DNA from: the human T2T-CHM13v2.0 reference genome, Homo sapiens
DNA length: 64,000 nt
Assembly (NCBI RefSeq): GCF_009914755.1
Contig: NC_060937.1
Strand: one strand, 5' to 3'
Within the stretch, counting starts at the first letter, position 1. Each line of letters opens with the position of its first letter. The position numbers were made by a program, and so were the translations under genes. Positions 25,611 to 39,869 of the stretch are shown here, piece by piece. The notes below the pieces were generated by a model. That model was not told the DNA's origin. It made no database searches and saw only the letters and a list, made by a program, of their open reading frames with translations.

Positions 25611-28427
25611 AAAAGATAGCAGTCAAAAAGGTGAGATTTCCAGAGGAAATAAAATAAAATGAGGATAATAGAGAGAAAGAAGATGGGATACTGTACCATT
25701 TAGTGCAGTAATGATGAAGGATGATAGATAATATGTAATGCTTGTACTAGGAATGTGAATTGTATTTTTAAAAGCATTTGTTTCTCACCCTAGTATCCCA
25801 GTAACTCGCAAATGAACACCTTGGTGTTAAATAATCTGAGTGCTTGGAAGAATAGATTGTTTCCATCCCAATTTCACTTTAACAAGACTTATTAGGTAGC
25901 ATGAGAGAGTAATGAAGAGGATGGTTACATAGAAAAATGCCTTTAAGTATAATTTCAATGTTGATGTCCTGAGTGGATCCAGCTTATCAGTTAATACTGT
26001 CTTTTGTTTCCAAAGTGTGCATGCTGCCAAAAGTCTACTAGAGTACTAGTTGTCTATAGATCTAAATTTGATTGTGGGGAAGTAATAACATGACCTAATC
26101 ATATGAAACATTTCTCAGTTCATTGTTCAAAACATAGCAGTTTTAACTGCTAAGGCTTTGGAATTCATCTCAGCTTTTTGTCTAAAAATACACAGTGTGA
26201 TCAAGATTCTTTGAAAGATTATTCAGCATTACCAGGCAAAGACTAAAATCACTGCATTTGATTATGATGGGCACAGTCACCCACCTTAAGTCATTCACAT
26301 TACTTTCTGAGTCCTTTAGTAGAATCAAAATCCATCATTAAGTACGCTCTCCCCCAGCACAGGGCAGTATCCAATCTCATTTTACATTCATATAAAAATA
26401 CTCTAACAAATCTTAAGGTCTTTGAAGATCATTGGAGATTTATTTTGTGGGTAAGAAAACTGAAGACTATGAAATGCAAATAATTATTTAGCTTCTTATT
26501 AGCTGATTGTAAAACTAGGAAACATTACATTGTCAGCCCACTCTGATCTTAAAATTTCATATGGGATTGAGTGTCAAGTCCTGTTAAAATGAAGCCTTCA
26601 CAAGGCAGGGGATGTGTTTGTGTGTATATATGCATATCTGCCTATGTATATGTGTGTTTCTGTGCTGTACCACACATGCTTGGACAATGCCTGGCATAGA
26701 AATGCTTAATAAATATTGGTTCAATGACTGTATGAAAGTTGATATTCAAGGTAAAAACATTTTTATGTGTGATATCAAAATTGAGGTTTGCTTATTTGAA
26801 AAAATTGTTGAGATTAATTTTCTTTTTGTTATTATATTGTGGCAATTCCTGCATCGCTGTTCTGAAAGAGCTTTAAAAATGTTGTATCATTAAATTATGG
26901 TGTTGCAAATATTCTTAAAAACAAAACTGTTAAATATTTATATGTCTATTACAATATTACTTATTGCTGAAAAGAGAAAATTCTTGTGGAGCAAATTTGG
27001 ACAAAGACTAGAAATATTCTCGATAGGAGTAAGGTGACATAACTATCTAAAAGAAATTAAATGTTGCAATTACAGATTCCCAGCATGCATTTACGTGCAT
27101 TAAAGGAACATTTATCATTAATACATTATCAGCAGGTCTTTTTCTTAAACAGTTTAATTGGTAATACTGTGAAGTGAATTCAGTTGTTTTACTTCCTAGA
27201 ATGTGTAAATGAGCAATTATAAGGCAGTCCTGGAAATGGAGCATTGTCCTCCACCGAGCCAATTACTTAAGTCCAGTCTCAGACTTTACCCCTCATTTGC
27301 TTAACTTTCTTGACATTCACTCTTTCCCCTAAACACAACATCTGACCATTTATCCATGTTACCTTAAAAAAAATGGGTTATGTGGAAAAAAATCAACTAG
27401 TTGTTTGGCAAGACAGAGATAAGATAATCAATTAAATGAAAGGTATATAACTTTTCTAATGATAGTAGTAGAATAAATGGGTTATTTTGATCTTAATTCT
27501 AATATTATTTATTTATCTAGACAATTATAATGAGTAGATTTTGCATATCTGATTTTAAAACTCCAAATATTAAAAATTTAGTGAAATTCATATCTAAACT
27601 TTGAGGTCTTCAAAATTTAATTGAGATTTAAAATTAAACTCAAAGAAGAAGTGCAAGGAACATTGATACTTTATTAACTACCAAAACATAATACATGTAA
27701 CAAAGAAATTTATATTATCAGCCTGTTTTATGTGTGTGTATGTGGTTTTCCAGGTAAGTCAACAATCACCTCAGTTTTCTTCTGGCTGTAAAGTAGGAAA
27801 TGTGTGTTCAGGGAACATAAATCTACTGTGGCTTTTCTATCTAATTTCTGTTGTTCTATAGCCATTGATTCCAATGTGTCACACTGTGTCAGGACAATGA
27901 AAATTAACACTATGTTGGGACTGCCAAATTCATTTCACACAACAGTAATCACAATAATAATCAAAATAATATATAATCATCCATGAGAATAAGCACAATT
28001 CCATGAATCAGAGTCCCAAAGAAATCACTTTCAGTCTAAAGAAAATTAGACAAATGTTTTTAAAGATACCACTCATTGTATTCCATTTTTAAATTTTGTT
28101 TTTATGAGCATCTCTTATGTGGGAATACATTGTTTTTTACATTTTTGGCTTCTGTTTTTAATGAGGCAGATGTTTGTATTTTTTTAGTCTAGTCATTGAG
28201 GGAGTAATTAGAAGCAATGAAGTTGACAAAAGGAGGAAGTTTGCCCAAATCTATTGGTTAAGCTGAATTTTCAAGAAACAACCTGTGAAATAGATTTTAC
28301 TCTATGTATCCAAGCAGAATAATCAATAACGCCTCACTTTCATTGTCACATAATAACTTTGCCAGTGAAATAAGTGAAAGGTGTTTTCAATTTTTGAAAA
28401 ATACAAAAAGTTGAAACAAAGATAAAT

Positions 28428-28547
28428 CTTTTTTATTTTATTATTATTATACTTTAAGTTTTAGGGTACATGTGCACAATGTGCAGGTGAGTTACATATG
28501 TATACATGTGCCATGCTGGTGTGCTGCACCCATTAACTCGTCATTTA
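28428..28547 (-). mobile_element. Very short young L1PA 3' end
   Basis: ttatactttaagttttagggtacatgtgcacaatgtgcagg...cattaactcgtcattta. Confidence 0.9.
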
Positions 28548-28899
28548 TCTAATTTATGTAAAACACGTAAAATTTCTGTTCATCGTTTTTCCTCTGCATT
28601 TCTATGTTGTCTTCCTTCACTTACTCTCATTTATAAGTCCTCTTTCATTTTTATTACCACACGAAGCTTTCCTGGGTCTCAGATTCACTGTGTATGACTA
28701 CACCCTATTGTAGTTGCATAGCCAGGCTTTCTAGTGTCACAGAATCTTCTCATTGTTTCTCAATTCTTGTGAAAATATATCTTTGGAGACCCCTTGTTTG
28801 CAAGATATGATGAAATGCTAATGTATTAAACCTAAAACAACTAAGTATAAAATACTGAGCAAATTTATAAATGATATTAAAAATATATTCTAATATTGA

Positions 28900-29575
28900 C
28901 TATGAGGACCAGCTGACAAATGTAGAGAGGGATAAATATAAAACACCTGACATTAGGAATAATATACATTCTGTCTGAAGAATATTTTCTTTAATAACAT
29001 ACAAAATACATTAAGCATGCACAAAAGAGATAATTAATTACATTAAAATAAAACCTCTCTTTATGGTATATCACATCATATACAAAGTTCAGAATTAAGT
29101 GGTGGACTGAGAGGAGGTATTTACAAAATACATAATATATAAAATAAATAAAATTATTAATAGATGTATAATTAATACAAAAGTTAGTAAATGGAAATCT
29201 AGAATATATTTGAGTTTCCACAAATTTAAAAATAAAATACTTATAACCCAGAGGAAAAATAGATAAAAGTAAGAAAGAGGACAATAACAGAATAAGCAAA
29301 TAAATAGTAAATGAATATAAAGAGGTGTTCAATCTCACTATTGATCAGAGAAACAACAATAAATTACCTGTATCTACACAAATAAACTTGAAAACAATTA
29401 GAATTTGGATTAAAATCTAAAGTCATTAAGTTTGTGGAAAAAACCTCTCATATACTGCAGGTATTAATGTAAATAATTGAATTATAATGAAGAGTGATGT
29501 AACAGTTTTAATTAAAGGGAAAACTGTAAATACTAGGCAATCAACCAATTCTGATTCCAGAATTTTGTACACTGG
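28900..29575 (+). mobile_element. Old L1ME fragment
   Basis: A-rich degraded ORF2-end motifs (gtgttcaatctcactattgatcagagaaa). Confidence 0.5.
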
Positions 29576-29582
29576 TATAACT

Positions 29583-31929
29583 TCATCACACAGAGATATT
29601 GCCAGTTTCATTCCAGACCACCTCCATTAAGCAAATATCACCATAAAGTGAGTCACACAAATTTTTTTGTTTCCATGTGCATATAAAAGTTATATTTACA
29701 CTATACTGTAGTCTATCAAGCGTGCAATGGCATTGTCTCTAAAAAACAATGTACTTACCTTAATTTAAAATACTTTATTGCTAAAAAATGCTAACATCCA
29801 TCTGAGCCTTCAGTCAGTTGTAATGTTTTTGCTGATAAAGTGTCAAGCATTGAGGTTTACGACTACTAACTGATCAGGGTGGTAGTTGCTGACAGTTGGG
29901 GTGGCTATGACAATGTCTTAAAATAAGGCAATAATGACTTTGATGAATTGATTGACTCTACCTTTCATGAAAGATTTCTCTGCCCAGCATGTGATGCTGT
30001 TTGATAGCATTTTACTGACAGTAGAATTTCTTTCAAAATTGGGGCCAATCCTTTCAAACCCTGCCACTGCTTTACCTACTAAATCTATGGAATATTCTAA
30101 ATTCTTTTTTGTCATTTCAATAATGTTCACAGCATCTTCACCAGAAGTAGATTCATAAAAAAAAAAACTTATTTTTATCATCCATAAGAAGGAACTTTTC
30201 ATCCCTTTAAGTTTTATCATAAGATTGGAGTAATTCAGTCACATCTTTAGGGTCCAATCCTAATCCTCGTTCTTGTGCTATTTGCACTACATCTGCAGTT
30301 ACTTCTTCTACTGAAGTCTTGAAACCCCAAAGTCACCCAGGAAGGCTGGAATCAACTTTTTCCAAACTCCTGCTAATGTTGATATTTTGACCTTCTTCTA
30401 TGAGTCATGCATGGTTTTGATTGCATCTAACATGGTGAATTCTTTCCAGAAAGTATTCAGTTTATTTTGCCCAGATCCATCACAGAAATCACTATCTATG
30501 GCAGCTATAGCCTTATGAAGTCTATTTCTTAAATAATAAGACTTGAAAGTCAGAATTTCTCCTTAATTCATGGGCTACAGAATGGACATTGAATTAGCAG
30601 TCATGAAAACAATATTAATCTTTTGATACATCTCCGTCAGAGCCCTTGGGCGACAGGTACACTGTCAATGAGCAATAGTATTTTGAAAGGAATATTTTTT
30701 TCTGAGCAGTAGATCTCAGCAGGGGGCTTAAAATATTCAGGAAACCGTGCTGTAAACAGATGTGCTATCCCAGTCTTTGCTTTTCCATTCTAGAGCAAAG
30801 GAATAGTAGAATTAGCATCGTTCTAAGGGCCCTATGATATTTAGAATGGTAAATGAGCATTGGCTTCAACCTAAAGTCACTGGCTACATTAGCCTTTGTC
30901 AAGACTCAGCCTGTACTTGGAAGCTTTGAGGACAGGCATTAACTTCTCATCTCTAGCACTGAAAGTCCTAGATGACATCTTTTTTTATGTAGAATGCTGT
31001 TTTATCTAAATAGAAAATCTCTTCCACAATGTAGTCACCTTCATCAGTTGTCTCAGCTAGATCTCCCAAATCACTAGCTGCAGCATCTCCACCAGTACTT
31101 TCTGAATCGTCTTGCACTTTTATCTTAGAGAGATGACTTCTTTTCTTAAATTCATAAACCAGCCTCTCCTAACTTAAAAAACTTCATTTCTTTTAGCCTT
31201 CATAGAATTGAAGAGCATTCTGGCCTTGCTCTGGATTAGACTTTGGCTTAAGGGAATGTTTTGGCTGGTTTGATCTTCTATCCAGAGAACTAAAACTATC
31301 TCCATATCTGCAATAAAGTGTTTTTCTTTCTTAGCATTCATGTGTTTACCAGAATAATACTTTAATTTTTTTTCAAGAACTTTTTTTGCATTCACAACTT
31401 AGCTAACTCTTTGGTGGTTAAAGAGGCCTAGCTTGTAGCCTTTCTCAGCTTTCAATATTTCTCTTTTACATCTTTTGATTTAAAGTGAGAGATGTGCTGC
31501 TTTTTCTTTCATTTGAACACTTGGAGGCATTTTATTAATTGGCCTATTTTTAATAATGTTTTGTCTCAGCGAACAGAGAGGCCCAAGGAGAGAGACAGGG
31601 TAATGTCTGGTCTATAGAGCAGTAAAAACACACATTTATTAGGTTCATTGTCTTATATAGTCAGGGTCATGGTGTCCCCAAATAATTACAATAGTAACAT
31701 TAAATATCAGTGATGATAGAGCATCATGACAAATAAAATAATGGTGAAAAAATTTGAAATATTCCAAGAATTACTAAAATGTAACACGGAGACACAAATT
31801 GAGCACATCCCTTTGGAAAAATGGTGCCAATAGACTTGTTCAAGGCAAGGATGCCATAAACCTCCAATTTATAGACATAATATGTGTAAAGTACAATAAA
31901 ATAAAGTGCTATAAAACAAGGTATGCCTG
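29583..31929 (-). mobile_element. Near full-length Tigger1 DNA transposon
   Basis: Ends gagatattgccagtttcattccagacc and aaaacaaggtatgcctg. Minus-strand transposase fragments (WIEDQTSQNIPLSQSLIQSKA; [14 protein letters not shown]). Confidence 0.92.
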
Positions 31930-34900
31930 CATAAGAAATGGTATATCAGAGCATACAGTGTGCCACTAATTACAGTATTAAAATGTGGAAATAATAAACA
32001 TTTTTTCAGTAATGAATGGTTAAAAATAGTTTTTGTAAAAACCAGTTATAAAATACACTGAAATTCTAATAACAGTCAAATAATTTTAGAAAACCATACA
32101 TAAAACATCACCTTATATTTATATGAATTTATATGGTTGTGTGTGTATTTGTGTGTGTGTGTGTGTTTGTGTTGAGGTAAATGTAAGGAGAATATACCAT
32201 AACTATATAATAGAGTTCCCAAGGGGATGAAGTAAGGCTGAAAATAGGAGAAAAAGATTGGAAAAAATGTAGTTATAAGTGGTCTCTAAATGTTTTCATA
32301 ATCAAATCAGAATAAAAATATAATTGTATCCATTAGTATACTATTGATATCAGTATTATTTGGGAAAATGCTTCCTTTGTTTAATATGTGGGCCTTCAGA
32401 TTTATACAAAGAGGTCTGCAAAAATAAATGGAGAAACGTTCTTGAAAGACAAAGATAAATTGGGTATCCAGCCGGGGGAATCGTAGGTGTTTTGGGGAGG
32501 ATAAGAAAAGTACCCATTGGGAAGTTTATGATACACGGTAAGAGGAGGGAAAAAAGAGGGCTTTTGTGGTTCAAAGGAGGCAGCCATCACAATCACTTGG
32601 AGAGGAGTTCTTAAAGGAATTTCACGTATGCATCCGTACTCATGACAAATATGATAAGCTAGATAAAATTTCAAAAGGAGTCAATGCTCTTCACATTAAC
32701 AGGAAATACTTTAAAAGGGAATTATAGCATTAAAATACAGGAAAAGCATAATACAAATTAACTTAAAAAGTTTTTAGCCATTGAAGGAACACCACAACAG
32801 ATTTTTAACATTGTTGCCAACCTGGTGAAACATTTTAGTTTTCATCAACTGATTGATTTGCTTTGTAGCAGGGTTGAGATTCAAAAGCCTTACAGGGCAA
32901 AATATTTCTAGTTCTTGGACATTCAAGTTTGTTCATTCTAGAAATAAACCAGAAGAGAAGCACAAATATAGTCTCTGTATTAGCTTTTCCATATTCCAAG
33001 TTTCACTATTGTTGCAAAAGATTGCATAACGAGTTTAGAGAAAGATGTAAAATGTGCCTCTCAAATGCACTTACCTCAATGAAAGGACTCTTTAAAAATT
33101 AGAGTTTAAAATGTTATGTTAGGTAAAACTTCTGATTTACTTGCTTTATATGGTATATATGAATATCATACTAAAGAAATGTGGAATTGTGCATTTGTAA
33201 TGGAATGCATCTGGCAAATTCTGAGTTTACACATCTGTATCAGATATGTACATAGGCAGAGACTACTAATTGGGAAGTATAACGAGCATCTCTTATATAA
33301 ACATAGCCTAAACATAGTCCTTTTAATCACTCTTTTCTTCACCTGCTTTATTTTTCCTCTTCATTACTCTCTATTCTCCTATCTTGCCTTAGTCATCACC
33401 ACTTGGCGAAGTTGGTTTGTACCTGTGTTCATTGTCTCTACTATTGGAATATAATCTCAGATTATTCTGACACTGAATATCTCTCACCACTCCCAGCATG
33501 GATGAACACATTAACTAGAAAGACTGGTTGGTTGCATCAGAGGGAAAAAAATGAGATGAAACAGACAAAAAGAAAAAAGCTTCTTTTTTTTTTTTCTGGC
33601 AGCATAGCTGTACATGTCACTTTTGAGTGAAACTTTATTAACACTGAAACATTGTTTGAGAAAAAGAGCAATGCTCTTTAGCTAATGTTCTAGTATCTAT
33701 TAAGTGGAAGGACATTTTTACTGTAGGATTGGAGTCCTGTGTCCTACATATAGATGATTTGTCATTATACAAAGCAATCCCAATTAAAATATCTCTAGGC
33801 TTATTTGAACAATGTTTATAAAATTAAATTCCTCTCCAAATAATTAATATTGCTACATATATAATATGCATACATATATACGTATATAAATTTTGTTTAA
33901 ATATAATGGTGAATTTCATTCTTTTTTAACATTTTTTTCTATTTTTTGCTTCATATTTATTCTTACAAGTTTTATTAATGTAAATGAGGCGTTTCAGGTG
34001 ACCTCCATAGTGCCACAAATGTTTTAAGTAATTAAAACCTGTAGGTAATATATCCATATATGCAGGAAGAGAAGTGGGGGCAGGAGGAAAGTCCTCTGGA
34101 TTGTTTAATTCCCAGATATTACATAGTATTTTAGCAATGAATATAGAAATCAGAGAGATTATATATTTCAATGGAGGTCCATCTCTGATTCAGAGCAATG
34201 TATACATTAAATTGTGCTTGTTATTGCCGACTGTGTTGTATCTGAAGTTGAATTTTCCCAATTTCTCAGAAGTGACAGTTAAGTTATAATCTCAGCATGT
34301 TCAGCATGCTTAATGAACTCCTTGGGGAGACCAGAATATCTGTAACACAATTAACATTAACATCTCATTCTCATGTAAATGAGGAGTTTCAGAGTCCCTG
34401 ATGGAAGCTTGCTTTTTGGCTACAGTTAGCAAATGTATGCTATTAAATGACACATGGAGCCTGAAGCTGAAATTTAGACTTCACTAATTTGTGCTGTGAC
34501 ATGTACAAAGTGCTTTGGAGGAAATGTGAAACCGAGTTGTTTAAATGTAGTTGATGAAATAGGGATTATCACCCTTGGCTAAACTGTCATTGGCAACCTG
34601 ATTGCTTTCACTGTTTTCTGCTCTTACAGAAGGCATATTTGACATGTCTTTCACTTGCAGTATTTGCTTTAACATGACTGTTTTCTGATTACATAAGTTA
34701 TTTATCTCAGAGGAAACAAACATAGTAGAAAAATAATTGTTTCTTTTTTTTCGAATTCTCCTCAAAAGTGAATATTCATTAGGTCAATATTTAGTGTCCA
34801 AATATGTCATTTCCTATATGAGTTTTAAAATTATACTTAAAAACTAAAAGGTAAATAACAGCATAAAGTGTATCAATTAGAAAACTGTAATACACAAAAT

Positions 34901-35099
34901 TAAAATATATTATTTTGTGTAATTTAACATGTGTAGTATCTGGACAAATTTTATGAAATGTACTTATTAAATAAAAAACAAATCTGAGATTTAAAGTTTA
35001 TTTCTTTTATAAATGATGCAGAAATAATATTTTAAATAAAATTATCTAGCAGAGAGAGAAAATCTAAAAAATAAACAAACACACTAAAAATATATGAAA

Positions 35100-36095
35100 A
35101 ATCACCTTCAGATACCAGGAAGCAGGATGATTGCTAACGGACAGGAGATTTTCTTTTGACTGATGAAAATTTTTTAGAACTAGATGGAGATGGTCATTGA
35201 ACACCACTGTGAATGTAGTAAATGCCACAGAATTCTTCACTATAAAAAGGTTCATTTCATATTATGTGTATTTCACCTCAATAAATGAGTTAATGAATCC
35301 AAAATTACTGTACTTGCCTTAAAATAAAAATTAAGCTTAAAACTAAGGTAAAATGTGACTATTTAGTTTTCTTGAAGTTAAAAGAATTCTTAAGAGTTAA
35401 TTTCTCAAAACTGAAGATACTGCTTGGCTCTATTAACTGTAATTCACAAGAACATTGAGTGTAAAATTTACATCTTGCATTTCACATTGTTTGAGAAAGA
35501 CCTCACTAAGGTCTGATTTTAGCACTTAGGCCTGGGTAGCTAAGCAAAAGCCAAAAGTTTGTTTCCAAAAAAAAGCTGGCTTGAGTGAAAATAGAAAGAA
35601 AAAAAGAAAAACATACTTTTTGACATCTGCCTATCTTTGCCCAGGTATTTTGCAAAACTTTTAAACTGATTTTCTTCTTAAAACATAGACTTTGTGTATC
35701 CAAGTAATTCTTAAATTTTATAAAATATTTGTCAGTAGCACTAGGTCTAAAAATTCTTTTTTTTTTTTGCCTATAAATGGATTTTTAATGGTATTTTTAC
35801 ACAATAGAACACCATACAGCAATGAGCATGAAAAATCTACAACCACAAACAACAATGTGGATGAATCTCACATATACAACAAGTGAAAAAGCCAACACAA
35901 AGGAGTACAAGCTGTATACTTCCATTTAAATAAAGTACAAAAATGGATAAAGCTAACTTTATACTATTAGCAGTGAGGATAGTGAATCCCATGCGGGAAC
36001 AGTGACTAGAAAGGAATATAAGGTGACTTCTCGAGAGTCAGTGATGTATTTCTCATCTGAGTGCTGGTTACTTATGACTGTCTGTTTGTAAAAAT
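35100..36095 (+). mobile_element. Two old L1M 3'-end fragments (~35100-35290 and ~35780-36095)
   Basis: Typical L1MB/ME 3'UTR motifs. Confidence 0.6.
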
Positions 36096-36290
36096 TCCTG
36101 ATAACATTTTCAGGCTTCATTTTATTTCCTAAAACAACATAAGCATCATTATTTTTCCATCTGTGTCTACTAATTATATTATCTGGAATCCCTATATGCC
36201 TCCTCTGTGTTGGTTCTTGCTATTGGAATCTTCCTTCCTTTTGTGTCTTTTTATCTTTGAGTTTATGTTGGATATTGTGCTTGAAAAATT

Positions 36291-38600
36291 ATTATTATTA
36301 TTATTTATTTTACTATAAGAAACATGCAGGTTTGTTACATAGGAGGTATACATGTGCCATGGTGGTTTGCTGCACCCATCAACCCGTCATCTAGGTTTTC
36401 AGCTCCGCATGCATTAGATATTTGTTGTAATGCCCTCCCTCCCCTTGCTCTTCACCCCCTGACAGGCCCTGGTTTGTGATGTTCCCCTCCTTGTGTCCAT
36501 GTGTTCTCATTGTTCAACTCCCACTTACAAGTGAGAATATGTGATGTTTGGTTTTCTGTTCCTGTATTAGTTGCTAAGGATGATGGTTTTCAGCTTTATC
36601 CATGTCCCTGAAAGGACATGAACTCATTCCCTTTTATGGCTGCATAGTATTCCATGGTATATATGGGCCATATTTTCTTTATCCAGTGTATCAGTGATGG
36701 GCATTTGGGCTGGTTCCAAGTCTTTGCTATTGTAAATGGTGCTGCAATAAACATACATATGCAAGTGTCTTTATAGTAGAATGATTTATAATCCTTTGGG
36801 CATATACCTAGTAATGAGATTGCTGGGTCAAATGGTATTTCTGGTTCTAGATCCTTGAGGAATCACCACACTGTCTTCCACAACGGTTGAACTAATTTAC
36901 ACTCCCACCAACAGTGTAAAAGCACTCCTATTTCTCTGCATTCTCGACAGTGTCTGTTGTTTCCAGACTTTTTAATGATTGCCATTCTAACTGGCATGAG
37001 ACGGTATCCGTTTGTGGTTTTGATTTGCATTTCTCTAATGATCAGTGATGGTGAGCTTTTTTTCATGTTTATTGATTGCATAAATGTCTTCTTTTGAGAA
37101 TTATCTGTTCATATCCTTCACCCACTTTTTGATGGGGTTGTTTTTTTCTTGTAAATTTGTTTAAGTTCCTTGTATATTCTGGATATTAGGCCTTTGTTAG
37201 ATGGATAGATTGCAAACATTTTCTCCCATTCTGTAGGTTTCCTGTTCGCTCTAATGATAGTTTCTTTTGCTGTGCAGAAGCTCTTTAGTTTAATTAGATC
37301 CCATTTGTCAATTTTGGCTTTTGTTGCCATTGCTTTTGGTATTTTAGTCATGAAGTCTTTGCCCATGCCTATGCCCTGAATGGCATTGCCTGGGTTTTTT
37401 TCTAGGGTTTTTATGGTTTTAGGTTTTACATTTAAGTCTTTAATCCATCTTGAGTTAATTTTTGTATACAGTGTAAGGAAGGGGTCCAGTTTCTGTTTTC
37501 TGTATATGGCTAGTCAGTCCCAGCACCATTAATTAAATAAGGAACCCTTTCGCCATTGCTTGTTTTTGTCAGGTTTGTTGAAGATCAGAAGGTTGTAGAT
37601 ATGTGGTGTTATTTCTGAGGACTCTGTTCTGTTTCATTGGTCTATATATCTATTTTGGTACCAGTACCTTGCTGTTTTGATTACTGTAGCCTTGTAGTAT
37701 AGTTTGAAGTCAGGGAGCGTGATGCCTCGAGCTTTGTTCTTTTTGCTAAGGATTGTCTTGGCTATGAGGGCTCTTTTTTGGTTCCATATGAAATTTAAAA
37801 TAGTTTTTTCTAGTTCTTTGAAGATAGTCAATGGTAGCTTGATGGGATTAGCATTTAATCTATAAATTACTTGGGCAGTAAGGCCATTTTCACGATATTG
37901 ATTCTTCCTATCCATGAGCATGGAATGTTTTCCCATTTGTTTGTGTCCTCTCTTATTTCCTTGAGCAGTGGTTTGTAGTTCTCCTTGACTAGGTCCTTCA
38001 TGTTTCTTGTAAGCTGTATTCCAAGGTATTTTATTCCCTTCACAGCAATTGTAAATGGGAGTTCACTCAAGATTTGGCTCTCTGTTTGTTCTTATTGGTG
38101 TAGAGGAATGCTTGTGATTTTTGCACTTTGATTTTGTATTCTGAGACTTTGCTGAAGTTGCTTATCAGCCTAAGGAGTTTTGGGGCTGAGGTGAGGCCTT
38201 CAATAAAATTCAACCTCCCTTCATGCTATAAACTCTCAATAAATTTGGTATTGGTGGAACATATCTCAAAATAATAAGGGCTATTTATGACAAATCCATA
38301 GCCAATATCATACTGAATGGGCAAAAGCTGGAAGCATATCCTTTTAAAACTGGCGTAAGACAAGTATGCCCTCTCTCATCACTCCTATTCAACTTAGTAT
38401 TGGAAGTTCTGGCCAGAGCAATCAGGCAAGAGAAAGAAATAAAGTGCATTCCAATAGGAAGAGAGGAAGTCAAATTGTCTCTCTTTGCAGACCACATGAT
38501 TGTATATTTAGAAAACCCCATTGTCACAGCCCAAAAACTCCTTAAGCTGATATGCAAACTCAGCAAAGTCTCAGGATACAAAATCAATGTGCTAAAAATT
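36291..38600 (-). mobile_element. L1PA with 5' inversion (minus 36291-38193, plus 38194-38600)
   Basis: ORF2 fragments on both strands. TSD-like tgtgcttgaaaaatt / tgtgctaaaaatt. Confidence 0.92.
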
Positions 38601-39632
38601 CTAAGAATGTGAAAACAGCATTGTCTTCAATTGTTAAAATACAATTCTACCAATAATGGATTGTAACTGAATAGAACAGTACTTTAAGGAAAAATGTTTC
38701 CCAGATTCTAAATAAGTTATGTGACATGATGAATATATTAAATATATCTTGCATAATTGGAATTGGTTAGTAGTAAAAGCATATATACACAAAAACAGGA
38801 GTATTAGGTGACTATTAACAGGATTCTTTCTGGTCATTTTAGGGGAGAGGAATCTTTGTTCTCAGGGCTTTCCAGCCAAGCCCCGGCAGTACATACATAT
38901 AAAGGAAGTATCTTTGTTTTCCCTTCATCTGATTCTATTCTCTCAACATAACACCTCGTTGCTTTAATTGGCTTCTCATTCATATATATTTAGATTTTTG
39001 CTCTTGTAACTCTCTAGTGAAGCAAATTTATTATTTCTGCCTTGCTAATTTAGGTTTTTGAGAATGAAAGTCTGAAGGCCTCAACCCTGCCAAGAAACAA
39101 ATTATTCACTAAAATGACACCACTCTAGGAATCTACTAGTGAAGCCAATTGACATGGCCAGGCACATCTGTTTTGCTTATTGCTGTTGTAAAATGTCTAT
39201 TTAGAATTTATAATCCATTAATGGGTTCCCCACCCCAAAGGCATTTTCTACTTTAAACTGTGAAGATTAAATGTAAAATTTAAGAGAAATCTACATTAGC
39301 AGAGTCTACCCCGGAAAAAAGCAAGACAAATGTATATTTTTCCCTTATTAACTTGTTTTCAAAATACAAGCCTGCTTACCAGAATAATCAGTTAAGTTTT
39401 TGGTTGCATAGCATTGAGATTTCCTTTATTTTCATATATTTGAGTATTTATCCTGCCTTTCCTGTAGAATGTCTTTTCCTGGTGATCAAATAGTTGATAA
39501 GGGGAAATTCTCCCTACATAGAATTATTCTATTTGATATATGGAGAAGACATAATAGAATTTAAAAAATCATGTTTTGATATTCTTTATAAAATAATAGA
39601 TCTAACCAATGATTATCGGTAGTTGCTAACAT

Positions 39633-39667
<35 letters not shown>

Positions 39668-39670
39668 ACA
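39633..39670. repeat. (CA)n microsatellite
   Basis: Direct reading. Confidence 0.95.
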
Positions 39671-39869
39671 AAAGACAACCAGATATTGTATATCTACTGA
39701 AGAAAATTCACTGCATCTCCTATAAGGTATTTTTACCTAAAAGAAACTGCATTGATAAATGCCTTAGATGCAACAATAAATTTAAAGAAAATAAAGAACA
39801 CAGATAAGCATATCACCATGTCAAACAAACACAGAAATGTGTCAGCAAAACTCCCGACCCTTGCTGGAG

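Noticed and set aside
33074-33088. 15-nt minus-strand microexon candidate with gtaagt donor
   Set aside because: Inclusion would put a stop in the 34038-32658 frame; no other support.
35507-35580. Minus-strand exon candidate with a strong polypyrimidine tract
   Set aside because: Not frame-compatible with the neighbouring exons. Could be a non-coding or alternative exon but is unsupported.
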